Of a stretch of 64,000 bases of DNA, positions 28,601 through 42,000 are shown piece by piece. Origin of the DNA: Eledone cirrhosa (Eukaryota); assembly GCA_964016885.1 (NCBI GenBank), contig OZ024744.1:105152001-105216000 (forward strand), in the 5' to 3' direction. How positions within the stretch are numbered: position 1 is the stretch's first letter; the number at the start of each line of letters is the position of its first letter. The notes beneath the pieces were generated by a model, which saw only the letters and a list, made by a program, of their open reading frames with translations, was not told the origin of the DNA and made no database searches. Both the position numbers and the translations under genes were made by a program.

Positions 28601-31600
28601 ACGGTTGTATGCCGTCTATGACTAGTCTGTGTCTACTGTTGTATGCCGTCTATGACTAGGCTGTGTGTACGGTTGTATGCAGTCTATGACTAGTCTGTGT
28701 CTACGGTTGTATGCCGTCTATGACTAGGCTGTGTGTACGGTTGTATGCAGTCTATGACTAGTCTGTGTCTACGGTTGTATGCCGTCTATGACTAGTCTGT
28801 GCGTACGGTTGTATGCAGTCTATGACTAGTCTGTGTGTACGGTTGTATGCAGTCTATGACTAGTCTGTGTCTACAGTTGTATGCCGTATATGACTAGTCT
28901 GAGTCTACGGTTGTATGCAGTCTATGACTAGTCTGTGTGTACGGTTGTATGCCGTCTATGACTAGTCTGTGTCTACGGTTGTATGCCGTCTATGACTAGT
29001 CTGTGTCTACAGTTGTATGCCGTCTATGACTAGTCTGTGTCTACGGTTGTATGCCGACTATGACTAGTCTGTGTCTACAGTTGTATGCCGTCTATGACTA
29101 GTGTGTGTCTACGGTTGTATACCGTCTATGACTAGTCTGTGTCTACGGTTGTATGCAGTCTATGACTAGTCTGTGTCTACGGTTGTATGCCGTCTATGAC
29201 TAGTCTGTGTCTACGGTTGTATGCCGTCTATGACTAGTCTGTCTCTACAGTTGTATGCCGTCTATGACTAGTCTGTGTCTTCGGTTGTATGCCCTCTATG
29301 ACTAGTCTGTGTCTACGGTTGTATGCCGTCTATGACTAGTCTGTGTCTACAGTTGTATGCCGTCTATGACTAGTCTGTGTCTACGGTTGTATGCCGTCTA
29401 TGACTAGTCTGTGTGTACGGTTGTATGCAGTCTATGACTAATCTGTGTCTACGGTTGTATGCCGTCTATGACTAGTCTGTGTCTACGGTTGTATGCCGTC
29501 TATGACTAGTCTGTGTCTACAGTTGTATGCCGTCTATGACTAGTCTGTGTCTACGGTTGTATTCCGTCTATGACTAGTCTGTGTCTACGGTTGTATGCCG
29601 TCTATGACTAGTCTGTGTGTACGGTTGTATGCCGTCTATGACTAGTCTGTGTCTACGGTTGTATGCCATCTATGACTAGTCTGTGTGTACGGTTGTATGC
29701 CGTCTATGACTAGTGTGTGTCTACAGTTGTATGCCGTCTATGACTAGTCTGTGTCTACGGTTGTATGCCGTGTATGACTAGTCTGTGTCTACGGTTGTAT
29801 GCCGTCTATGACAAGTCTGTGTCTACGGTTGTATGCCGTCTATGACTAGTCTGTGTCTACAGTTGTATGCGGTCTATGACTAGTCTGTGTCTACGGTTGT
29901 ATGCCGTCTATAACTAGTCTGTGTGTACGGTTGTATGCCCTCTATGACTAGTCTGTGTCTACGGTTGTATGCCGTCTGTCACTAGTCTGTGTGTACGGTT
30001 GTATGCCGTCTATGACTAGTCTGTGTCTACGGTTGCATTCGGTCTATGACTAGTCTGTGTCTACGGTTGTATGCCGTCTATGACTAGTCTGTGTCTACGG
30101 TTGTATGCCGTCTATGACTAGTCTGTGTCTACGGTTGTATGCCATCTATGACTAGTCTGTGTGTACGGTTGTATGCCGTCTATGACTAGTCTGTGTCTAC
30201 GGTTGTATGTCGTCTATGACTAGTCTGTGTCTACGGTTGTATGCCGTCTATGACTAGTCTGTGTCTACGGTTGTATGCCGTCTATGACTAGTCTGAGTCT
30301 ACGGTTGTATGGCGTCTATGACTAGTCTGTGTCTACGGTTGTATGCCGTCTATGACTAGTCTCTGTCTACAGTTGTATGCCGTCTATGACTAGTCTGTAT
30401 CTACGGTTGTATGCCGTCTATGACTAGTCTGTGTCTACGGTTGTATGCCGTCTATGACTAGTATGTGTCTACGGTTGTATACCGTCTATGACTAGTCTGT
30501 GTGTACGGTTGTATGCAGTCTATGACTAGTCTGTGTCTACTGTTGTATGCCGTCTATGACAAGTCTGTGTGTACGGTGGTATGCAGTCTATGACTAGTCT
30601 GTGTCTACGGTTGTATGCCGTCTATGACTAGTCTGTGTGTACGGTTGTATGCCGTCTATGACTAGTCTGTGTCTACGGTTGTGTTCGGTCTATGACTAGT
30701 CTGTGTCTACGGTTGTATGCCGTCTATGACTAGTCTGTGTCTACGGTTGTATGCTGTCTATGACTAGTCTGTGTGTACGGCTGTATGCCGTCTATGACTA
30801 GTCTGTGTGTACGGTTGTATGCCGTCTATGACTAGTCTGAGTCTACGGTTGTATGCCGTCTATGAATAGTCTGTGTGTACGGTTGTATGCCGTCTATGTC
30901 TAGTCTGTGTCTACGGTTGTATGCCGTCTATGACTAGTCTCTGTGTACGGTTGTATGCCGTCTATGACTAGTCTGTGTATACGGTTGTATGCCGTCTATG
31001 ACTAGTCTGTGTCTACGGTTGTATGCCGTCTATGACTAGTCTGTGTCTACAGTTGTATGCCGTCTATGACTAGTCTGTGTCTACGGTTGTATGCCGTCTA
31101 TGACTAGTCTGTGTCTACAGTTGTATGCCGTCTCTGACTAGTCTGTGTCTACGGTTGTATGCCGTCTATGACTAGTCTGTGTCTACGGTTGTATGCCGTC
31201 TATGACTAGTCTGTGTCTACGGTTGTATGCCGTCTATGACTAGTCTGTGTCTACGGTTGTATGCCATCTATGACTAGTCTGTGTCTACAGTTGTATGCCG
31301 TCTATGACTAGTCTGTGTCTACGGTTGTATGCCGTCTATGACTAGTCTGTGTCTACGGTTGTATGCCGTCTATGACTAGTCTGTGTCTACGGTTGTATGC
31401 TGTCTATGACTAGTCTGTGTCTACTGCTGTATGCAGTCTATGACTAGTCTGTGTCTACGGTTGTATGCAGGCTATGACTAGTCATTGTCTACGGTTGTAT
31501 GCCGTCTATGACTAGTCTGTGTCTACGGTTGTATGCAGGCTATGACTAGTCTGTGTCTACGGTTGTATGCTGTCTATGACTAGTCTGTGTCTACAGTTGT

Positions 31601-34600
31601 ATGCCGTCTATGACTAGTCTGTGTCTACGGTTGTATGCCGTCTATGACTAGTCTGTGTCTACGGTTGTATGCCGTCTATGACTAGTCTGTGTCTACGGTT
31701 GTATGCTGTCTATGACTAGTCTGTGTCTACTGCTGTATGCAGTCTATGACTAGTCTGTGTCTACGGTTGTATGCCGTCTATGACTAGTCTCTGTGTACGG
31801 TTGTATGCCGTCTATGACTAGTCTGTGTCTACGGTTGTATGCAGGCTATGACTAGTCATTGTCTACGGTTGTATGCCGTCTATGACTAGTCTGTGTGTAC
31901 GGTTGTATGCCGTCTATGACTAGTCTGTGTCTACGGTTGTATGCCGTCTATGAATAGTCTGTGTGTACGGTTGTATGCCGTGTATGACTAGTCTGTGTCT
32001 ACGGTTGTATGCCGTCTATGACTAGTCTGTGTCTACAGTTGTATGCGGTCTATGACTAGTCTGTGTCTACGGTTGTATGCCGTCTATAACTAGTCTGTGT
32101 GTACGGTTGTATGCCCTCTATGACTAGTCTGTGTCTACGGTTGTATGCCGTCTGTGACTAGTCTGTGTGTACGGTTGTATGCCGTCTATGACTAGTCTGT
32201 GTCTACGGTTGTATTCGGTCTATGACTAGTCGGTGTCTACGGTTGTATGCCGTCTATGACTAGTCTGTGTCTACGGTTGTATGCCGTCTATGACTAGTCT
32301 GTGTCTACGGTTGTATGCCGTCTATGACTAGTCTGTGTGCACGGTTGTATGCCATCTATGACTAGTCTGTGTCTACGATTGTATGCCGTCTATGCCTAGT
32401 CTGTGTCTACGGTTGTATGCAGTCTATGACTAGTCTGATCCACGGTTGTATGCCGTCTATGACTAGTGTGTGTCTTCGGTTGTATGCCGTCTATGACTAG
32501 TCTCTGTCTACGGTTGTATGCCGTCTATGACTAGTCTGTGTCTACGGTTGTATGCCATCTATGTTTAGTCTGTGTGTACGGTTGTATGCCGTCTATGACT
32601 AGTCTGTGTCTACGGTTGTATGCCGTCTATGACTAGTCTGTGTCTACGGTTGTATGCCGTCTATGACTAGTCTGAGTCTACGGTTGTATGGCGTCTATGA
32701 CTAGTCTGTGTGTACGGTTGTATGCCGTCTATGACTAGTCTGTGTCTACGGTTGTATGCCGTCTATGACTAGTATGTGTCTACGGTTGTATGCCGTCTAT
32801 GACTAGTCTGTGTGTACGGTTGTATGCAGTCTATGACTAGTCTGTGTCTACTGTTGTATGCCGTCTATGACAAGTCTGTGTGTACAGTGGTATGCAGTCT
32901 ATGACTAGTCTGTGTCTACGGTTGTATGCCGTCTATGACTAGCCTGTGTGTACGGTTGTATGCAGTCTATGACTAGTCTGTGTCTACGGTTGTATGCCGT
33001 CTATGACTAGTCTGTGTCTACAGTTGTATGGCATCTATGACTAGTCTGTGTGTACGGTTGTATGCAGTATATGACTAGTCTGTGTCTACAGTTGTATGCC
33101 GTCTATGACTAGCATGAGTCTACGGTTGTATGCAGTCTATGACTAGTCTGTGTGTACGGTTGTATGCCGTCTATGACTAGTCTGTGTGTACGGTTGTATG
33201 CCGTCTATGACTAGTCTACGGCTGTATGCCGTCTATGACTAGTCTGTGTCTACGGTTGTATGCCGTCTATGACTAGTCTGTGTCTACAGTTGTATGCCGT
33301 CTATGACTAGTTTGTGTCTACGGTTGTATACCGTCTATGACTAGTCTGTGTCTACGGTTGTATGCAGTCTATGACTAGTCTGTGTCTACGGTTGTATGCC
33401 GTCTATGACTAGTCTGTGTCTACAGTTGAATGCCGTCTATGACTAATCTGTGTCTACGGTTGTATGCCATCTATGACTAGTCTGTGTGTACGGTTGTATG
33501 CCGTCTATGACTAGTCTGTGTCTACGGATGTATGCCGTCTATGACTAGTCTGTGTCTACAGTTGTATGCCGTTTATGACTAGTCTGTGTGTACGGTTATA
33601 TGCCGTCTATGACTAGTCTGTGTCTACAGTTGTAAGCCGTCTATGACTAGTCTGTGTCTACAGTTGTATACCGTCTATGACTTGTCTATGTCTACAGTTG
33701 TATGCCGTCTATGACTAGTTTGTGTCTACGGTTGTATGCCGTCTATGACTAGTCTGTGTCTACGGTTGTATGCCGTCAATGACTAGACTGTGTCTACAGT
33801 TGTATGCCATCTATGACTAGTTTGTGTCTACTGCTGTATGCAGTCTATGACTAGTCTGTGTCTACGGTTGTATGCAGGCTATGACTAGTCATTGTCTACG
33901 GTTGTATGCAGGTTATGACTAGTCTGTGTCTACGGTTGTATGCCGTCTATGACTAGTCTGTGTCTACAGTTGTATGCCGTCTATGACTAGTCTGTGTGTA
34001 CGGTTGTATTCCGTCTATGACTAGTCTGTGTCTACGGTTTATGCCGTCTATGACTAGTCTGTATCTACGGTTGTATGCCATCTATGACTAGTCTGTGTGT
34101 ACGGTTGTATGCCGTCTATGACTAGACTGTGTCTACGGTTGTATGCCGTCTATGACTAGTCTGTGTCTACGGTTGTATGCCGTTTATGACTAGTCTGTGT
34201 CTACGGTTGTATGCCGTCTATGACTAGAATGTGTCTACGGCTGTATGCCATCTATGACTAGTCTGTGTGTAATGTTGTATGCCGTCTATGACTAGTCTGT
34301 GTCTACGCTTGTATGCCGTCTATGACTAGTCTGTGTGTACGGTTGTATGCCGTCTATGACTAGTCTGTGTCTACGGTTGTATGCCGTCTATGACTAGTCT
34401 GTGTCTACGGTTGTATGCCCTCTTTGACTAGTCTGTGTCTACGGTTGTATGCCGTCTATGACTAGTCTGTGTCTACTGTTGTATGCAGTCTATGACTAGT
34501 CTGTGTCTACGGTTGTATGCCGTCTATGACTAGTCTGTGTCTACGGTTGTATGCTGTCTATGACTAGTCTGTGTCTACGGTTGTATGCCGTCTATGACTA

Positions 34601-35269
34601 GTCTGTGTCAACGGTTGTATGCCGTCTATGACTAGTCTGTGTCTACAGTCGTATGCCGTCTATGACTAGTCTGAGTCTACGGTTGTATGCAGTCTATGAC
34701 TAGTCTGTGTCTACGGTTGTATGCCGTCTATGACTAGTCTGAGTCTACGGTTGTATGCCGTCTATGACTAGTCTGTGTGTACGGTTGTATGCCGTCTATG
34801 ACTAGTCTGTGTCTACGGTTGTATGCCATCTATGACTAGCCTGTGTGTACGGTTGTATGCCGTCTATGACTAGTGTGTGTCTACAGTTGTATGCCGTCTA
34901 TGACTAGTCTGTGTCTACGGTTGTATGCCGTCTATGACTAGTCTGTGTCTACGGTTGTATGCCGTCTATGACAAGTCTGTGTCTACGGTTGTATGCCGTC
35001 TATGACTAGTCTGTGTCTACAGTTGTATGCGGTCTATGACTAGTCTGTGTCTACGGTTGTATGCCGTCTATAACTAGTCTGTGTGTACGGTTGTATGCCC
35101 TCTATGACTAGTCTGTGTCTACGGTTGTATGCCGTCTGTGACTAGTCTGTGTGTACGGTTGTATGCCGTCTATGACTAGTCTGTGTCTACGGTTGTATTC
35201 GGTCTATGACTAGTCTGTGTCTACGGTTGTATGCCGTCTATGACTAGTCTGTGTCTACGGTTGTATGCC

Positions 35270-36090
35270 GTCTATGACTAGTCTGCATCTTCGGTTGTAT
35301 GCCGTCTATGACTAGTCTGTGTGCACGGTTGTATGCCGTCTATGACTAGTCTGTGTCTACGGTTGTATGCCGTCTATGCCTAGTCTGTGTCTACGGTTGT
35401 ATGCAGTCTATGACTAGTCTGATCCACGGTTGTATGCCGTCTATGACTAGTGTGTGTCTTCGGTTGTATGCCGTCTATGACTAGTCTGTGTCTACGGTTG
35501 TATGCCGTCTATGACTAGTCTGTGTCTACGGTTGTATGCCATCTATGACTAGTCTGTGTGTACGGTTGTATGCCGTCTATGACTAGTCTGTGTCTACGGT
35601 TGTATGTCGTCTATGACTAGTCTGTGTCTACGGTTGTATGCCGTCTATGACTAGTCTGTGTCTACGGTTGTATGCCGTCTATGACTAGTCTGTGTCTACG
35701 GTTGTATGCCGTCTATGACTAGTCTGTGTTCACGGTTGTATGCCGTCTATGACTAGTCTGTGTCTACGGTTGTATGCCGTCTATGCCTAGTCTGTGTCTA
35801 CGGTTGTATGCAGTCTATGACTAGTCTGATCCACGGTTGTATGCCATCTATGACTAGTGTGTGTCTTCGGTTGTATGCCGTCTATGACTAGTCTGTGTCT
35901 ACGGTTGTATGCCGTCTATGACTAGTCTGTGTCTACGGTTGTATGCCATCTATGACTAGTCTGTGTGTACGGTTGTATGCCGTCTATGACTAGTCTGTGT
36001 CTACGGTTGTATGTCGTCTATGACTAGTCTGTGTCTACGGTTGTATGCCGTCTATGACTAGTCTTTGTCTACGGTTGTATGCCGTCTATG
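35270..36090. repeat. Direct tandem duplication of a 12-monomer (407-bp) block
   Basis: gatccac at 35421 and 35828 (offset 407 = 12x34-1), each flanked by the same gcctag, gcag, gtgtgtcttcgg, gccatc and gtcgtc variants. Confidence 0.85.
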
Positions 36091-39000
36091 ACTAGTCTGA
36101 GTCTACGGTTGTATGGCGTCTCTGACTAGTCTGTGTCTACGGTTGTATGCCGCCTATGACTAGTCTGTGTCTACGGTTGTATGCCGTCTATGACTAGTCT
36201 GTGTCTACGGTTGTATGCCGTCTATGACTAGTATGTGTCTACGGTTGTATGCCGTCTATGACTAGTCTGTGTGTACGGTTGTATGCAGTCTATGACTAGT
36301 CTGTGTCTACTGTTGTATGCCGTCTATGACTAGTCTGTGTGTACGGTTGTATGCAGTCTATGACTAGTCTGTGTCTACGGTTGTATGCCGTCTATGACTA
36401 GTCTGTGTCTACAGTTGTATGCCATCTATGACTAGTCTGTGTGTACGGTTGTATGCAGTATATGACTAGTCTGTGTCTACAGTTGTATGCCGTCTATGAC
36501 TAGCCTGAGTCTACGGTTGTATGCAGTCTATGACTAGTCTGTGTGTACGGTTGTATGCCGTCTATGACTAGTCTACGGCTGTATGCCGTCTATGACTAGT
36601 CTGTGTCTACAGTTGTATGCCGTCTATGACTAGTCTGTGTCTACGGTTGTATGCCGTCTATGACTAGTCTGTGTCTACAGTTGTATGACGTCTATGACTA
36701 GTTTGTGTCTACGGTTGTATACCGTCTATGACTAGTCTGTGTCTACAGTTGTATGCCGTCTATGACTAGTCTGTGTCTTCGGTTGTATGCCGTCTATGAC
36801 TAGTCTGTGTCTACGGTTGTATGCCGTCTATGACTAGTCTGTGTCTACAGTTGTATGCCGTCTATGATTAGTCTGTGTCTATGTTTGTATGCCGTCTATG
36901 ACTAGTCTGTGTCTACGGTTGTATGCCGTCTATGACTAGTCTGTGTCTACGGTTGTATGCCGTCTATGACTAATCTGTGTCTACGGTTGTATGCAGTCTA
37001 TGACTAGTCTGTGTGTACGGTTGTATGCCGTCTATGACTAGTCTGTGTCTACGGTTGTATGCCGTCTATGACTAGTCTGTGTCTACAGTTGTATGCCGTC
37101 TATGACTAGTCTGTGTCTACAGTTGTATACCGTCTATGACTTGTCTATGTCTACAGTTGTATGCCGTCTATGACTAGTCTGTGTCTATGGTTGTATGCCG
37201 TCTATGACTAGTCTGTGTCGACGGTTGTATGCCGTCAATGACTAGACTGTGTCTACAGTTGTATGCCATCTATGACTAGTCTGTGTCTACTGCTGTATGC
37301 AGTCTATGACTAGTCTGTGTCTACGGTTGTATGCAGGCTATGACTAGTCATTGTCTACGGTTGTATGCAGGTTATGACTAGTCTGTGTCTACGGTTGTAT
37401 GCCGTCTATGACTAGTCTGTGTGTACGGTTGTATGCCGTCTATGACTAGTCTGTGTGTACGGTTGTATGCCGTCTATGACTAGTCTGTGTGTACGGTTGT
37501 ATTCCGTCTATGACTAGTCTGTGTCTACGGTTTATGCCGTCTATGACTAGTCTGTGTCTACGGTTGTATGCCATCTATGACTAGTCTGTGTGTACGGTTG
37601 TATGCCGTCTATGACTAGTCTGTGTCTACGGTTGTATGCCGTCTATGACTAGTCTGTGTCTACGGTTGTATGCCGTCTATGACTAGTCTGTGTCTACGGT
37701 TGTATGCCGTCTATTACTAGAATGTGTCTACGGCTGTATGCCATCTATGACTAGTCTGTGTGTAATGTTGTATGCCGTCTATGACTAGTCTGTGTCTACG
37801 CTTGTATGCCGTCTATGACTAGTCTGTGTGTACGGTTGTATGCCGTCTATGACTAGTCTGTGTCTACGGTTGTATGCCGTCTATGACTAGTCTGTGTCTA
37901 CGGTTGTATGCCATCTTTGACTAGTCTGTGTCTACCTTTGTATGCCGTCTATGACTAGTCTGTGTCTACGGTTGTATGCTGTCTATGACTAGTCTGTGTC
38001 TACGGTTGTATGCCGTCTATGTCTAGTCTGTGTCTACGGTTGTATGCCGTCTATGACTAGTCTGTGTCTACGGGTGTATGCCGTCTATGACTAGTCTGAG
38101 TCTACGGTTGTATGCAGTCTATGACTAGTCTGTGTCTACGGTTGTATGCCGTCTATGACTAGTCTGTGTCGACGGTTGTATGCCGTCTATGACTAGTGTG
38201 TGTCTACAGTTGTATGCCGTCTATGACTAGTCTGTGTCTACAGTTGTATGCCGTCTATGACTAGTCTGTGTCTACGGTTGTATGCCGTCTATGACTAGTC
38301 TGTGTGTACGGTTGTATGCCGTCTATGACTAGTCTGTGTCTACGGTTGTATGCCGTCTATGACTAGTCTGTGTGTACGGTTGTATGCAGTCTATGACTAG
38401 TCTGTGTCTACTGTTGTATGCCGTCTGTGACTAGTCTGTGTGTACGGTTGTATGCAGTCTATGACTAGTCTGTGTCTACGGTTGTATGCCGTCTATTGCT
38501 AGTCTGTGTGTACGGTTGTATGCCGTCTATGACTAGTCTGTGTCTACAGTTGTATGCCGTCTATGACTAGTCTGTGTCTACAGTTGTATGCCGTCTATGA
38601 CTAGTCTGTGTGTACGGTTGTATGCCGTCTATGACTAGTCTGTGTCTACAGTTGTATGCCGTCTATGACTAGTTTGTGTCTACGGTTGTATACCGTCTAT
38701 GACTAGTCTGTGTCTACGGTTGTATGCAGTCTATGACTAGTCTGTGTCTACGGTTGTATGCCGTCTATGACTAGTCTGTGTCTACGGTTGTATGCCGTCT
38801 ATGACTAGTCAGTGTCTACAGTTGTATGCCGTCTATGACTAGTCTGTGTCTTCGGTTGTATGCCGTCTATGACTAGTCTGTCTACGGTTGTATGCCGTCT
38901 ATGACTAGTCTGTGTCTACAGTTGTATGCCGTCTATGACTAGTCTGTGTCTACGGTTGTATGCCGTCTATGACTATTCTGTGTCTATGGTTGAATGCCGT

Positions 39001-42000
39001 CTATGACTAGTCTGTGTCTACGGTTGTATGCCGTCTATGACTAGTCTGATCCACGGTTGTATGCCGTCTATGACTAGTCTGTGTCTTCGGTTGTATGCCG
39101 TCTATGACTAGTCTGTGTCTACGGTTGTATGCCGTCTATGACTAGTCTGTGTCTACAGTTGTATGCCGTCTATGACTAGTCTGTGTCTATGGTTGTATGC
39201 CATCTATGACTAGTCTGTGTCTACAGTTGTATGCCGTCTATGACTAGTCTGTGTCTACGGTTGTATGCCGTCTATGACTAGTCTGTGTGTACGGTTTCAT
39301 GCCGTCTATGACTAGTCTGTGTGTACGGTTGTATGCCGTCTATGACTAGTCTGTGTCTACGGTTGTATGCCATCTATGACTAGTATGTGTGTACGGTTGT
39401 ATGCCGTCTATGACTAGTCTGTGTCTACGGTTGTATGCCGTCTATGACTAGTCTGTGTCTACAGTTGTATGCCGTCTATGACTAGTCTGTGTCTACGGTT
39501 ATATGCCGTCTATGACTAGTCTGATCCACGGTTGTATGCCGTCTTTGACTAGTCTGTGTCTTCGGTTGTATGCCGTCTATGACTAGTCTGTGTCTACGGT
39601 TGTATGCCGTCTATGACTAGTCTGTGTCTAGAGTTGTATGCTGTCTATGACTAGTCTGTATCTACGGTTGTATGCCGTCTATGACTATTCTGTGTCTATG
39701 GCTGTATGACGTCTATGACTAGTCTGTGTCTACGGTTGTATGCCGTCTATGACTAGTCTGATCCACGGTTGCATGCCGTCTATGACTAGTCTGTGTCTTC
39801 AGTTGTATGCCGTTTATGACTAGTCTGTGTCTACGGTTGTATGCCGTCTATGACTAGTCTGTGTCTACAGTTGTATGCCGTCTATGACTAGTCGGTGTGT
39901 ACGGTTGTATGCCGTCTATGACTAGTCTGTGTCTACGGTTGTATGCCGTCTATGACTAGTCTGTGTCTACAGTTGTATGCCGTCTATGACTAGTGTGTGC
40001 CTACGGTTGTATGCCGTCTATGACTAGTCTGTGTCTACGGTTGTATGCCGTCTATGACTAGTCTGTGTGTACGGTTGTATGCCGTCTATGACTAGTCTGT
40101 GTGTACGGTTGTATGCCGTCTATGACTAGTCTGTGTCTACGGTTGTATGCCATCTATGACTAGTCTGTGTCTACGGTTGTATGCCATCTATGACTAGTCT
40201 GTGTGTACGGTTGTATGCCGTCTATGACTAGTCTGTGTCTACGGTTGTATGCCGTCTATGACTAGTCTGTGTCTACGGTTGTATGCCGTCTATGACTAGT
40301 CTGTGTCTACAGTTGTATGCCGTCTATGACTAGTCTGTGTCTACGGTTGTATGCCGTCTATGACTAGTCTGTGTGTACGGTTCTATGCCGTCTATGACTA
40401 GTCTGTGTCTACAGTTGTATGCCGTCTATGACTAGTCTGTGTCTACGGTTGTATGCCGTCTATGACTAGTCTGTGTCTACGGTGGTATGCCGTCTATGAC
40501 TAGTCTGTGTCTACGGTTGTATGCTGTCTATGACTAGTCTGTGTCTACTGCTGTATGCAGTCTATGACTAGTCTGTGTCTACGGTTGTATGCAGGCTATG
40601 ACTAGTCATTGTCTACGGTTGTATGCCGTCTATGACTAGTCTGTGTGTATGGTTGTATGCCGTCTATGACTAGTCTGTGTCTACGGTTGTATGCCGTCTA
40701 TGACTAGTCTGTGTCTACGGTTGTATGCTGTCTATGACTAGTCTGTGTGTACTGCTGTATGCAGTCTATGACTAGTCTGTGTCTACGGTTGTATGCAGGC
40801 TATGACTAGTCTGTGTCTACGGTTGTATGCCGTCTATGACTAGTCTGTGTGTACGGTTGTATGCCGTCTATGACTAGTCTGTGTCTACGGTTGTATGCCG
40901 TCTATGACTAGTCTGATCCACGGTTGTATGCCGTCTATGACTAGTCTGTGTCTACGGTTGTATGCCGTCTATGACTAGTCTGTGTCTACAGTTGTATGCC
41001 GTCTATGACTAGTCTGTGTCTACGGTTGTATACCATCTATGACTAGTCTGTGTCTACAGTTGTATGCCGTCTATGACTAGTCTGTGTGTACGGTTGTATG
41101 CCGTCTATGACTAGTCTGTGTGTACGGTTGTATGCCGTCTATGACTAGTCTGTGTCTACAGTTGTATGCCGTCTATGACTAGTCTGTGTCTACGGTTGTC
41201 TTCGGTCTATGACTAGTCTGTGTCTACGGTTGTATGCCGTCTATGACTAGTCTGTGTCTACGGTTGTATGCTGTCTATGACTAGTCTGTGTGTACGGTTG
41301 TATGCCGTCTATGTCTAGTCTGTGTGTACGGTTGTATGCCGTCTATGACTAGTCTGAGTCTACCGTTGTATGCCGTCTATGAATAGTCTGTTTGTACGGT
41401 TGTATGCCGTCTATGACTAGTCTGTGTCTACGGTTGTATGCCGTCTATGACTAGTCTGTGTCTACGGTTGTATGCCGTCTATGACTAGTCTGTGTCTACG
41501 GTTGTATGCCGTCTATGACTAGTCTGTGTCTACGGTTGTATGCCGTCTATGACTAGTCTGTGTCTACAGTTGTATGCCGTCTATGACTAGTCTGTGTCTA
41601 CGGTTGTATGCCGTCTATGACTAGTCTATGTCTACAGATTTATGCCGTCTCTGACTAGTCTGTGTCTACGGTTGTATGCCGTCTATGCCTGGTCTGTGTC
41701 TACGGTTGTATGCCGTCTATGACTACTCTGTGTCTACGGTTGTATGCCGTCTATGACTAGTCTGTGTCTACGGTTGTATGCTGTCTATGACTAGTCTGTG
41801 TCTACTGCTGTATGCAGTCTATGACTAGTCTGTGTCTACGGTTGTATGCAGGCTATGACTAGTCTGTGTCTACGGTTGTATGCCGTCTATGACTAGTCTG
41901 TGTGTACGGTTGTATGCCGTCTATGACTAGTCTTTGTGTACGGTTGTATGCCGTCTATGACTAGTCTGTGTCTACGGTTGTATGCCGTCTATGACTAGTC

